Assembly: GCF_006345805.1 (NCBI RefSeq)
Contig: NC_043015.1
Location: 49,662,001 to 49,726,000, forward strand
Source of the DNA: Octopus sinensis
Lineage: Eukaryota
Length of the DNA: 64,000 bases
Reading direction: 5' to 3'
The notes beneath the pieces are model-generated. The model did no database searches. It had not been told where the DNA came from and was given only the letters and a program-made list of their open reading frames with translations. Of the stretch, positions 1-11,173 are shown piece after piece. The first letter of the stretch is position 1. Each line of letters begins with the position of its first letter. Both the position numbers and the translations under genes were made by a program.

Positions 1-375
1 GGAGCATCGCCTTTAGTCGAGCAAATCGACCCCAGGACTTATTCTTTGTAAGCCTAGTACTTATTCTATCGGTGTATTTTGCCGAACCGCTAGGTTACGG
101 GGACGTAAACACACCACCATCGGTTGTCAAGCGATGTTGGAGGGATAGACACGGACACACAAACACGCACACATATACATATGCGTATATATACGACGGT
201 CTTCTTTCAATTTCCGTCTACCAAATCCACTCACAAGGCTTTGGTCGGCCCGAGGCTATAGTAGAAGACTCTTGCCCAAGGTATCACGCTGTGGGACTGA
301 ACTCGGAACCATGTGGGACTGAACTCGGAGCCATGTGGTTGGTAAGCAAGCTACTTACCACACAGCCACTCCTAC
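1..375 (-). mobile_element. SINE family B (working name), truncated by the window start
   Basis: Reverse complement of the family seen at 10272-10671. Confidence 0.85.
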
Positions 376-484
376 GTTATATATAATGTAAAAGCGGGGG
401 AAACACGAAATCAAAAGCAAGCTGTGAAAGCTAGAGATTAGAGAGAGAGAGACAGGCATTTTTGAAATTTATTACTTCTCCCAG

Positions 485-760
485 TTAGTGAAATAGGTCG
501 CACCGACCTCTGCCACCAAACACGCTACATCGCTAATTTCCGTAGCACCCTGACACCAATCGCATCATCGTTGTCATCACCACCATCACCACCATCATCT
601 TCGTCGTTGTTATTCATCAGCAGTCGAACTAGCATTGACTACTCTTATGGCCATTGTCGAACTTGGTAAAACGAGAGGTAAAAAACCCCTGGTGTTTCCA
701 CGTTTGGAGGGTACTACTAGCGAACAGTGGTCCCGGTGCGCGCATCCGCGCTAGCTAGAC
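485..760 (+). other. BCOR: Probable 5' leader (non-coding) exon of the BCOR homolog, containing a 35-codon uORF (647-754)
   Basis: Pyrimidine tract plus CAG ending at 484, CpG-rich repeat-free body, and a consensus donor GAC|GTAAGT at 761. It is the only clear upstream donor for the acceptor at 2737. Inferred, not transcript-supported. Confidence 0.45.
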
Positions 761-887
761 GTAAGTAGTCGATCCTACAACGACTTGCGCGTATGTTTGT
801 ATTTCAAGGCTGAATACATATCAAAGAAAATGAAATAATATTTTTTCGGACAAAGTAAATAAAACGCAAGGTAAATAATTTTTAAAA

Positions 888-1166
888 CTAAGTGTGGATT
901 TGGTTGACGGAAACTGAAAGAAGCCCGTCGTATATATATATGTGTGTGTGTGTGTATGTATGTGTGTCTGTGTTTGTCCCCCCCAACATCGCTTGACAAC
1001 CGATGCTGGTGCGTTTACGTCCCCGTACGTAACATTAGCAGTTCGGCAAAAGAGACCGATAGAATAAAGTACTAGGCTTACAAAGAATAAGTCCCTGGTG
1101 CGATTAGCTCGACTAAAGGCGGTGCTCCAGCATGGCCACAGTCAAATGACTGAAACAAGTAAAAGA

Positions 1167-1168
<2 letters not shown>
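888..1168 (+). mobile_element. SINE family B, 5'-truncated
   Basis: Body, internal (TA)(TG) microsatellite and GAAACAAGTAAAAGAG tail match other copies. Confidence 0.85.
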
Positions 1169-1215
<47 letters not shown>

Positions 1216-1529
1216 ATAATGTTTCGTAAGCTCACCATATTTGATTTATGACTATATTATTGCACGGCGTTTTGTAGATCTAACACCCGACTGTGATCTG
1301 AGTTAAATAACAAGACTGTGTCTATGTAGGCCACTTATTATCGGCATTTCCACCGCAATAAATAGTATGTTAATGACGAGTGAATGGGTGGTGGTGATGG
1401 GGTCATGGTGAGTGAGAGAGTGCTGAACGATAAACGATTTTTTTTTTTTTAAGCTTAAACTATGACTCACTAATCAGTTTAACTTTTGGGCAAGAGTAGT
1501 CACGAAATTCGCTCTTCAGATATAATAAT

Positions 1530-1885
1530 AATAATAATAATTTATTCTTTTTATTGGCCACAAGGGCTGACACACAAGATTAGAAAACATAAAGGGACAA
1601 AACAGGTCGAAAGGTTACAAAGGGTTTTTGTCCGTTTGTGAAAAAATCGTGTAAAAACAGATTAGCAACGAAAGATTGTAACAATGAAAAAAGCTCCCAA
1701 TAGGGGGAGGCGCTTCGAAAGGTTCCTGGTGGAAAAAAAAAACCCATAAAAGCCAACGGGAGCCTGGTCAAGAAGGGGGGTAGAGAGTCCCTTTTCTCCT
1801 CTTATAGTACCTTTTTGAATCACAGGCGAAACCTGAGAACTGGTCCATTTATACTGGCCATTCTCGCACAATTCACCCACCTTTC
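1530..1885 (-). mobile_element. 3' end of a non-LTR retrotransposon (ORF C-terminus WVNCARMASINGPVLRFRL*, 3' UTR, AATAAA, (TTA)n tail); further partial copies at ~1985-2170 and ~40250-40460
   Basis: Three near-identical copies in the window. A related C-terminus (AWMARVNGPTLNIHL*) occurs on + at 19128-19179. Clade not assignable. Confidence 0.55.
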
Positions 1886-2749
1886 AGAAAACTTGCTATC
1901 GGACAGCACTCTCCTCTCTAACCACATCTTCCTTTTCAAGTGAAACTTGAAAAAGTTAATAAATAATATTAATAATTAATTCGTTTATTGGCCACAAGGG
2001 CTGACAAAAATTAATTAAAACATAAAGGGACAAAACACAGGAGGAGGAAAGTTACAAAGGGTTTTTGTCCGTTTGCAAAAAAAAAACGTGTAAAAATTCC
2101 AGAAATAACAACGAAAATATAACAATTGAAATTCCCAATAGGGGGAGGCGCTTCGAAAGGTTACTCGTGGAATAATAATCAGGGATGGATGGAGTTTGTA
2201 GTTATTTCAATGAATCGCTACGCGCGTTTCCACAAACCTCGTTTCTTACGATCATAGTCCGTATTTCTTCACAATTATACATAGAGGGTGTGCGTGCATG
2301 TTTGTGTGTTTGTCTCCCACCACTGCTTGACAAGTGACTTTTTCTCCACATCATACCTTCAAAGCAATGAGACTGGAAGGCTACATTATGATAGCCGATT
2401 TTCAGATATTTTACTTTTTTTTTTTTTAAATGCATATTTTGTGAATGAAAAAAAAAAAGATTCTGCATCTCCCTCCCCCCCCTCGTCCCACCCAAAAAAT
2501 GTTTTGGAGAAAAGCATAACATTTCTTCTATCTTCATGCTCAGCGTGTATATACAGAGATTGTTATATTGTAGAGTGTATACTGTGTGCATATCGCGCCC
2601 GTATATATTCCCATTGTGTGTGTATATTTACATATTGAGATTTCAAATACGAACAAATTCAGTGCTCGCACATTTTCTTTCCTTCTTTCTTTCTTTTTCT
2701 GTTTCTTTCTATATTTATTTATTTATTGTTCTTGCAGGTAACTCCAACC

Positions 2750-5700
2750 ATGAGTTGCGGCTACAAAGAAAGGGTGTTTAATATGCCTGTTAGACAACCG
2801 TCGAAAGGTGCCATGCCGTCTGAAGTTGATTGTCAGCAGCCCCCACAGATAAACGGCGACACTATGGCCAAACAACATGCCAGTCAGATACGGCTTCCTC
2901 CCAAGAAAGACTTTCGGTCGGATACAGAACAGTTACAGCAACAGATCCAGAAGGTCTCTCCATTCCCTTCTGTCCACGCTCTGCGCAACACCGATAGTCC
3001 CCTTGACCTGTCGGTTAAAACACGCAAGCGTAGTCCGGACACTACGATATTCGATCCATTCCTCAGTGGATTATCACCAATGAAGAGACCTAAAGTCCCC
3101 TCCCAACTTGCCCCACCTAGTCCTCTGGATTTAACTAAAACCAAGAACTCGTCATTCAAACAAATACCGGGAAGTATGATGACACCACCTTTTCTTGTGC
3201 AGAACTCTTACGTATATAAAACCGCGGCACTCAAAACAGTATCACCGAAACCAAAATCTAACAAGCCGTCCAAATGTAAAGAAGTTCCTAGCCCTTTAAA
3301 ATCAATGTCAGATAGTGTCGGTAGCAATCGAATGGCTAATAGTCAAACCGCTAATCGATTCAAATTAAACGCAGGTTACATTGGTTATCCTCCATTATTT
3401 GTTCCAACCACAAGCAGCGTTTCATCGCCGCCTTCCCTCTCTAGTAAATCTCCCCTGGCTCATCCCGATGCTCGTTCCGGTTTGCAAATGTCTCCGACTG
3501 TGCGTGATTACCCGACTGACTCCCTCAAATCTCAGCGATCTATCCAAGCTACTTCAGGACACACATCGTCACCAACGTACGATTCACAACACTGTTTAAC
3601 ATTAGCACGTTCTCATTCATCGCAACATCACCACCAGCAGCAGCAGTACCAGTACAATCAGCAGCAGCGGCAACAGCAACAACAATCACAGCAACATTAT
3701 CAACCGCACCAGACCTCACATCAGACTTCACGACAGATGCAGGTAACCAACCAGAGGTGCCAACTATTCCCCCAGCAAACGTCAAACCCTTATCTGCCAG
3801 GCCCTCAGCCATCACAGACGTTGACATCCTCTCAACGCCAGTTACCACCTTCACCGCACCATCATCGGTTGAGAGACCAAGAACTCTCTCAACACCATCA
3901 ACAGCAGTCACAACAACAGCGGCTGCAACAACAACAAATCACACATCAACAACAACAACGCCTACAGCAACATTACGTTTCACATCGCCACCAAACATCT
4001 CCTCTTCACTCATCCTCATCTCTGTCTTCGCCAACGACAGTGACAATAGCATCGACATCAACGCCATCACTTCCCTCTCCATCGACTTCTTCTGCGCGTG
4101 TCTCAAACTTATTATCAGGAAGGGCAGCTAGTCACACCGACGTTGGCAACATGACCGCCAGTATGTCAGCGAAAGTATTTCCCTTCCATCAAATGGAGGC
4201 TAAGAAGTTTGAAAATTGTTCTACAGCTGGCAAATCCCATACGAACGGTGGTGGTCCGGGTGCAGACTTGACATCTCTTCGTTACAGCCCCGACAGTACT
4301 AACTGTTCGATAGCCAAACGTAACACGACAGATCTACATGCACAGTCGGCAGCACGCCTCGTCGCTCGCCATCAGCAACAGCTGACGCCGATGGCCGCTC
4401 AGATGCATATGTCAAGCCAAGAAAAATCCAACATCCAATTGATGCAGGCCGGTAAAAGTTCTTCAAACAAGCTTAGCTCTCTTGCGTCGATATCCTCGTA
4501 CCAACAACATCAACAACAGAAGATGTATGTACCGGGTCCTGTGAGTCAGAAAAATACTTCAGAAAACAGCAAAAGGCACAGTAGCGGAGCTTTGACTTCA
4601 CTGTCACCGAGCAAGCAAGCTCTGATGATGGAATCACAATTAAGCAAAGCTTATCCTTCGTACCAACAGCAACAAAGGCTACTGTATATGTCTAACCAAA
4701 CTCCCTTTGCACCTGTTCCCTTATCTTTATCGTCACCCTCATTGTCTTCATCTACGACCACCACTGATGTCAACTCAACTTCACTTACATCCGTCCTCAA
4801 CATTTCAAAATCCTCAATTCCTCACGGTGTGCAGAAACAGCAGAAACAGTCTTTTGGAGGAAGTCAGTCGCATTACTCTGCTGGCTCCGGTGTCGAAGTC
4901 ACTTACAACAGCGCCAACAATAACAGCAGCTGCAGCAGTAGTAGTAGTAGCAGTAGTAATAGTACTTCTACCACCACAACAGCCAATAATCACTTAAATC
5001 TAAAATCGCCGTTGCATTCAACAATGGATTCACTGAAGTCTGTTGATTCTAATGATGACGTCAGGATTATCAGTCCAACAACCAGCTGTAATAGCAGACA
5101 ACCTAAAGATGTACCAATTATCAACGTGATTTCAGATTCTAACAGCTCATCATCTGAAAGATCTTCCCTGAAGGTTGTCCATAGTAACAGTAGTGGTGCT
5201 AATTCCAAGGAATACCAGAACTCGTCGAATGCTGCTGACTCTATTCCACCATATAGCACTCCTTTGTCGATAAATATTCCAAGTGATATCTCTGCAGAAG
5301 CCTCCCATTCTTCAGCTAGTAACAAGAAAGTAGATGTTATGATAACCAAATCTGCCTCTGAAAGCAAAGATCCAAAACTTGGTTCTAGGAAGCATATTAT
5401 AATGAATGCTGTCAATCAAGATGAAGCGCTGAAAAAGGCGTTCCACGTGGAAAACGGAATTGTAACCGTCAACCCGCACGAAGAAAGCATATCAGAATCT
5501 TCTCTTATCAGTATTAGCCCAACACCATCGCCTAAAATGCCGATATTAAGTCCTCAACACAAGAACCCGCCTCGTGTCGGTTCACCATCCACAAGCGAAC
5601 CGCCGCCACTGGAACCTAGTTCAGCGACGTTTGTAGACAACTCTAGCCCAGATGCATTTATCCAAGATAATGCTGAAATAATAATGAGGCCAACTCTCGA

Positions 5701-7213
5701 AGTGAAACGGAACTCCACAAATGGTATACCTCAAAATCTGAAACCTTCAATTCCTTACATTCATGAATCTATGTATCGCCCTCATTTTACACATCAGGAG
5801 GTTCCTCACCCACTTTACGGTCACCCAATGTCATATCCGTCGGCTTTCAATAATCCGAACCTACATCTTCCATACATGCCGATCAGTTTGCCAACAGAGA
5901 ACTCTCCTCTCCAGACAAACAGACTTCAGGACGGCATTAGACATCCGAAAACTGTCATGGACAGTATGCGAGATAAACGGGACGGTTTTAGTGGGCGCAG
6001 TACTATACGGAATAAAAACATCCCTGTTGCTAACGTTGCACCCATAGTTCAAGTGAAACAACATCATAAAACTGCAATCACCGCAAACAACAGCCTTCAC
6101 AACAGTGTTAATGTTAGCCACGGCCTTCATATCAACCACCGAACTAATAACAATAATACAAATAATAATAATAACAACAGTAACAGCAACAACATTGGTA
6201 ATAACAACAACAGCAGTAATATTAACAGTAGTGGTGTTATTAGTAATAGCAATAGTAATAATATTAACAACAGTAACAATAACAACAGTAATAATAACGG
6301 CAACAACAACAAGAATAACATGAACAGAAGTAACAACAGCAACTCGAGGAGCCCTTCGGAGGAACCGAAAATAATTTCTGTATCGACTGATAGCAATAGT
6401 CGTCGATCGAGTACGGACTCGAAATGTGCCAACAAGGGCAGGGATTCCAGCGATAAAGTCGCTTCCCCGATGCCGCGCACTTTTTTCTCTACTAAAAACA
6501 TCATCTCAATGATTCAGAATTCTGACAGTGATAACATTCTGGAATCTACAGTGCAGATGTGCTGCGATGCCAACACCCCCAAGGGGAAGATGTCACTGAA
6601 GGACGCTATCAACACTCTGCTAGAAAAACACTGCCAAGAATTACACGTGGACACGGACAATTCCGACAAGATCTCCTCGTGTATGTCTTCATCTAAGTCT
6701 AGCGATGTTGAAATTATTGAAAATCCTTTCCAGAAAGTTGATGATGATGACGGCGACGACGATGACGATATTGTTATTACTGGTACTGAAACGAGGAGCA
6801 AACCAGACGAACCTGCGACGTCAGACATGAAGGAACAATCGCTCGGGAAACAACACAATGGCAATTATGATGTCATCGTTGCCCCGGATTATTCGTCAAA
6901 TTTTCAATCAAACCGCATTCCAAATGAACGCGATGCCCATCACCGCTTGAGACAGAAACTTTTAGGTTCAGTGAACGAAACGTCTAATAACAACAACAGC
7001 AACAACACTAACAACACATCAACTGATTCTTACCATCGGTGGAACGAATCTGATGACCAAATTATAGATTCCAGCAAACCACAACATTCTCACATATCAT
7101 CTGCCGTTCACATTTCTGCTGAACATCCTGGGAATTTTACGGATATACCTTTTCAGCGGGATAAGTTTCCATGGGATACCTCAAGTACTTTAAATAAAAG
7201 AAAACATGTGGAG
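2750..7213 (+). CDS. BCOR: BCOR/BCORL1 homolog, giant N-terminal coding exon (exon 2738-7213; intrinsically disordered S/Q/N/P-rich region)
   Basis: 1513-codon ORF. Acceptor TTCTTGCAG ends at 2737, ATG at 2750 in ACCATG context, donor GAG|GTAAAT at 7214 (phase 0). Contains PLDLS and PLDLT motifs. Identity assigned from the downstream in-frame ankyrin exons. Confidence 0.85.
2999..3013 (+). other. PLDLS CtBP-binding motif (second motif PLDLT at 3122-3136)
   Basis: CCC CTT GAC CTG TCG in the main frame. PxDLS is the established CtBP-docking motif and is described in BCORL1. Confidence 0.75.
3625..3970 (+). repeat. Coding CAG/CAA-rich tracts (poly-Q/H)
   Basis: Runs of CAG/CAA encode QQQQ and HHH stretches in the giant exon. 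Confidence 0.85.
6145..6340 (+). repeat. Coding AAT/AAC-rich tract (poly-N)
   Basis: Degenerate (AAT/AAC)n encodes NNNN/SN-rich sequence. Confidence 0.85.
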
Positions 7214-7397
7214 GTAAATTATAAACATTTTTTTCCCCCTTTTTTTAATGATTTTAATGGTTTTTAATGGTTTTTAATGGTTTATGTTATTAGCCAATCC
7301 ATTCTAAAAACAGATGTTTATTTATATTTCTGGCTTAGATTTCGTTTTAGTCGGTTTCTTAGCGTGATATGAAATTAATCAGATCATAGCGACACAA

Positions 7398-7813
7398 GGC
7401 GGCGAGCTGGCAGAATCGTTAGCACGCCGGACGAAATGCTTAACGGTATTTCGCATGCCGTTACGTTGTGAGTTCAAATTCCGCCGAGGTCGACTTTGCC
7501 TTTCGTCCTTTCGGGGTGGATAAATTAAGTACCAGTTACGCATTGGGGTCGATGTAATCGACTTAATACCTATGTCTGTCCTTGTTTGTCCCCTCTGTGT
7601 TTAGCCCCTTGTGGGTAATAAAGAAATAGGTATTTCGCATGCCGTTACGTTGTGAGTTCAAATTCCGCCGAGGTCGACTTTGCCTTTCATCCTTTCGGGG
7701 TCGATAAATTAAGTACCAGTTACGCACTGGGGTCGATGTAATCGACTTAATACCTATGTCTGTCCTTGTTTGTTCCCTCTATGTTTAGCCCCTTGTGGGT
7801 AATAAAGAAATAG
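7398..7813 (+). mobile_element. SINE family A (tRNA-derived), head plus two tandem body units
   Basis: A-box-like TGGCAGAATCGTT and B-box GAGTTCAAATTCC; body repeated with junction AAAGAAATAG|GTATTTCG. Confidence 0.85.
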
Positions 7814-8190
7814 ATTATCGCGACACAGAGCGGCGAGCTGACGGAATCGTAAGAATGTCACGGAAAAAAAAAATGTTTTGTGGCATTGGTCCTGACTCTT
7901 TACGTTCTAAGTTCAAATCTCGCCGAGGTCAGCTGTGCCTTTCACACTTTCGCAACTGATAAAATAAAGTACCAGTCTTGTTCTAGGATCGTGGATATCG
8001 ACTAACACCCTCCGATTAAGATTGCTGCTACATCTGTACCTAAATGAGAAGCCATTAAGGTCGGCGAGTTGGCAGAACCGTTAGAGTGTAAGAAAAATAC
8101 TTTGCGGTATTTATTCCGACTATTTCAGAGTTCATTTCCTGTTGAGGTCAACTTTACCTTTTTTTTCCTTTCATTCGGAGTTAATACACA

Positions 8191-8585
8191 GGGTGGCGAG
8201 CTGGCAGAAACGTTAGCACGCCGGGCGAAATGCGTAGCCGTATTTCGTCTGCCGTTACGTTTTGAGTTCAAATTCCGCCGAAGTCAACTTTGCCTTTCAC
8301 CTTTTCGGGTCGATAAATTAAGTACCAGTTACGCACTGAGATCGATATAATCGACTTAATCCGTTTGTCCGTCCTTGTTTGTTTCCTCTGTGTTTAGCCC
8401 CTTGTAGGTAGTAAAGAAATGGATATTTCGTCTGCCGCTACGTTCTGAGTTCAAATTCGGCCGAGGTCGACTTTGCCTTTCACCCTTCCGGAGTCGATAA
8501 ATTAAGTACCAGTTACGCACTGGGGTCGATCTAATCGACTGGCCACCTTCCCCCAAATTTCGGGCCTGTGCCTAGAGTAGAAAAA
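8191..8585 (+). mobile_element. SINE family A dimer
   Basis: Same head, body and tail as 7398-7813. Confidence 0.85.
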
Positions 8586-8734
8586 ACTATACAGGGTGGC
8601 AATAAAGTCACTATACAATTACTTACAATAAGAAAGCAAAGCAGAATTCTTGAAGCAGGTGGCTTGCAGTTCGAACAGTATCGGTAATTAATTTACTATC
8701 ATAGCATTTTATTGTTATTGTAAGTAATAGTCGA

Positions 8735-9080
8735 TTGGATCGACCTCAGTACGCAACTAGTACTTATTTAATCGACACCGAAAGGATGAAAGGCAAAGTC
8801 GACCTCGGCGGAATTTGAACTCAGAACAGAACGTAAAGACAAACGAAATACCTATTTCTTTACTACCCACAAGGGGTTAAAACAGAGAGGACAAACAAGG
8901 ACAGACAAAGGGATTAAGTCGATTATAATGATCCCAGTGCGTAACTGGTACTTATTTAATCGACACCGAAAGGATGAAAGGCAAAGTCGACCTCGGCGGA
9001 ATTTGAACTCAGAACGTAGCAGCAGACGAAACACGGCCACGCATTTCGCCCGGCGTGCTAACGTTTCTGCCAGCTCGCCG
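8735..9080 (-). mobile_element. SINE family A dimer, inverted relative to 8191-8585
   Basis: Reverse complement of family A consensus. Confidence 0.85.
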
Positions 9081-10271
9081 CGATAGAAAGGATTATAATT
9101 TGGTAATATACAACAACAAGCTGGCAGAATCGTTAGCACGCTGGACGAAGTACTTAGCGGCATTTCGTCCATCTTTAAGTTCTGAGTTCAAATTCCGGCC
9201 AGGTCGACTTCGCCATTTATCCTCTCAGAGTCGATGGAATAAGAAATAAGTATCAGTCAAGAACTGGGGGCCGATGTAATCGACTAGCCCCCATCCCCTT
9301 CCCGCGAAATTTCAGGCCTTCTGTCTATAGTAGAAAGAATAGTTAATTTGGTAATGTATTGCTTTCGGTCATAAAAAAAGTTACGTTTATATTTGGAAGA
9401 GGACAGCGTGACGTAGTGAGAGCAAGTCTTTTGGTTATGTTTATTTGCTTCCACCGAAAAAATATCGCCTTTCAAAATTTAATAAATATAAAAAGAAACA
9501 AAACGAGACAAGAACCACAAAAAAAATACAAAAAAAAATTAAACAATAATAACAAATACAGCGATTTAATCATTCCGAACTTCGCATTCCTTTGAGTATT
9601 ATTATGGAATTGATGTCAAATACTGCTGAAAGTGCAGGGTTAGTTAATAATGCCGTATAGTTATTACAGATGTCGCCAAAAAAAATATTAAATAAACAAA
9701 AAAAATAAAATAAAAGGAAAGAGAAAAGAAAAGAAAAATGTCCACCGTGTGCTGCTGCTGATTTCATTTCCCAAAACAACTTTTAAGCATTTTGTTAATT
9801 GTTGGCAAAAAAAAAAAAAAATAATAATAATAATAATAATAAAGCTACAAGAAAGAAAAAAAAATGCATTCCTGTAAACTATAAAAACGTAACATATTAC
9901 TAATATTACTTGTGTAGGGCCTCAAGTGATTTAAAACTACCATAAGTTATATAATTATAGACGGATTTTGTGTTTTAATTTTATCGTTCGCTGAAAGTAG
10001 AATGAAAATTACATTAACAGTAAAACGTTAAAAGATTTTTTTTTCCTTTCGTTCGTTCGTTCGTTTAACAACTCCTTTCCCCATTCCTTCCTCTCCCTCC
10101 CCCCCGCTTCGGTTTTTGTCATTTTGTCGTCAATATATTACGTGACTTGTATTAAACTAACTGATTTATTAGTCAGCGACAAGTTCTGTTGCTGCTACTG
10201 TTAAGTCATCGACCCCTTTAAAAAAAAAAAAAAGCTGAAATCTACCTCTCCGTTGGCTTCATTTACAAACA

Positions 10272-10671
10272 GGCGCAGGAGTGGCTGTGTGGTAAGTAGC
10301 TTGCTTACCAACCACATGGTTCCGGGTTCAGTCCCACTGCGTGGCATCTTGGGCAAGTGTCGTCTGCTATAGCCTCGGGCCGACCAATGCCTTGTGAGTG
10401 GATTTGGTAGAGGGAAACTAAAAGAAGCCTGTCGTATATATATATATATATATGTATGTGTGCCTGTGTTTGTCCCCCCCCCAACATTGCTTGACAACCG
10501 ATGCTGGTGTGTTTACGTCCCCGTCACTTAGCGGTTCGGCAAAAAAGAGACCGATAGAATAAGTACTGGGCTTACAAAGAATAAGTCCCGGGGTCGAGTT
10601 GCTCGATTAAAAGGCGGTGCTCCAGCATGGCCGCAGTCAAATGACTGAAACAAGTAAAAGAGTAAAAGAGA
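10272..10671 (+). mobile_element. SINE family B, full length
   Basis: tRNA-like head GGCGCAGGAGTGGCTGTGTGGTAAG...GGTTCAGTCCC, central microsatellite, (GTAAAAGA)n tail. Confidence 0.88.
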
Positions 10672-11173
10672 GACGAATATTATTCATTCAGTGGGAATAA
10701 TATCTAAGCAGTGAAAAAAAAAAAAAAAGCCTTAACTCAGATATTTTCTGATGTCCCCCACCCTTATAACGCCTCGCTCTGTTTTACTAGCAGCCAGCCA
10801 GCCAGCTAGCACAACCTGCTAACGTAGAAACTAGTTAAGCCTTACGTTGGCAATAAACATGACCGCCCTGACCAGCCATTTGATACTTTGCTTAGCTGTC
10901 TTTCCTGACTTACAATAATAATAATAATAATACAAATAATAATAATCGCCGCTGCTTCTAGTGTTGTTTTCACTTGTCCTAGATTTTTTAACTTCCATTG
11001 TTCATTGTTGCTATTTCCATGAAAGTATTGAATATAATAACTAAGTACGTTTGTATTTAAATATTGTACACTTCAAACATTTTTTACTTATTTAATCGCA
11101 AGCATTCATTTTCTTTCATTCACCCTATGTAGTTATTTTTATTTATTTATTTATCTTATTGTTGTCATTATTA

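Noticed and set aside
72-386. Recurrent ORFs such as MSSDVG...HTHTHIYI...[18 protein letters not shown] in many places
   Set aside because: Translations of SINE family B; they recur wherever the SINE does.
2877-6864. Short ORFs overlapping or antisense to the giant exon
   Set aside because: Shadows of the S/Q/N-biased codons of the main frame; no independent signals.
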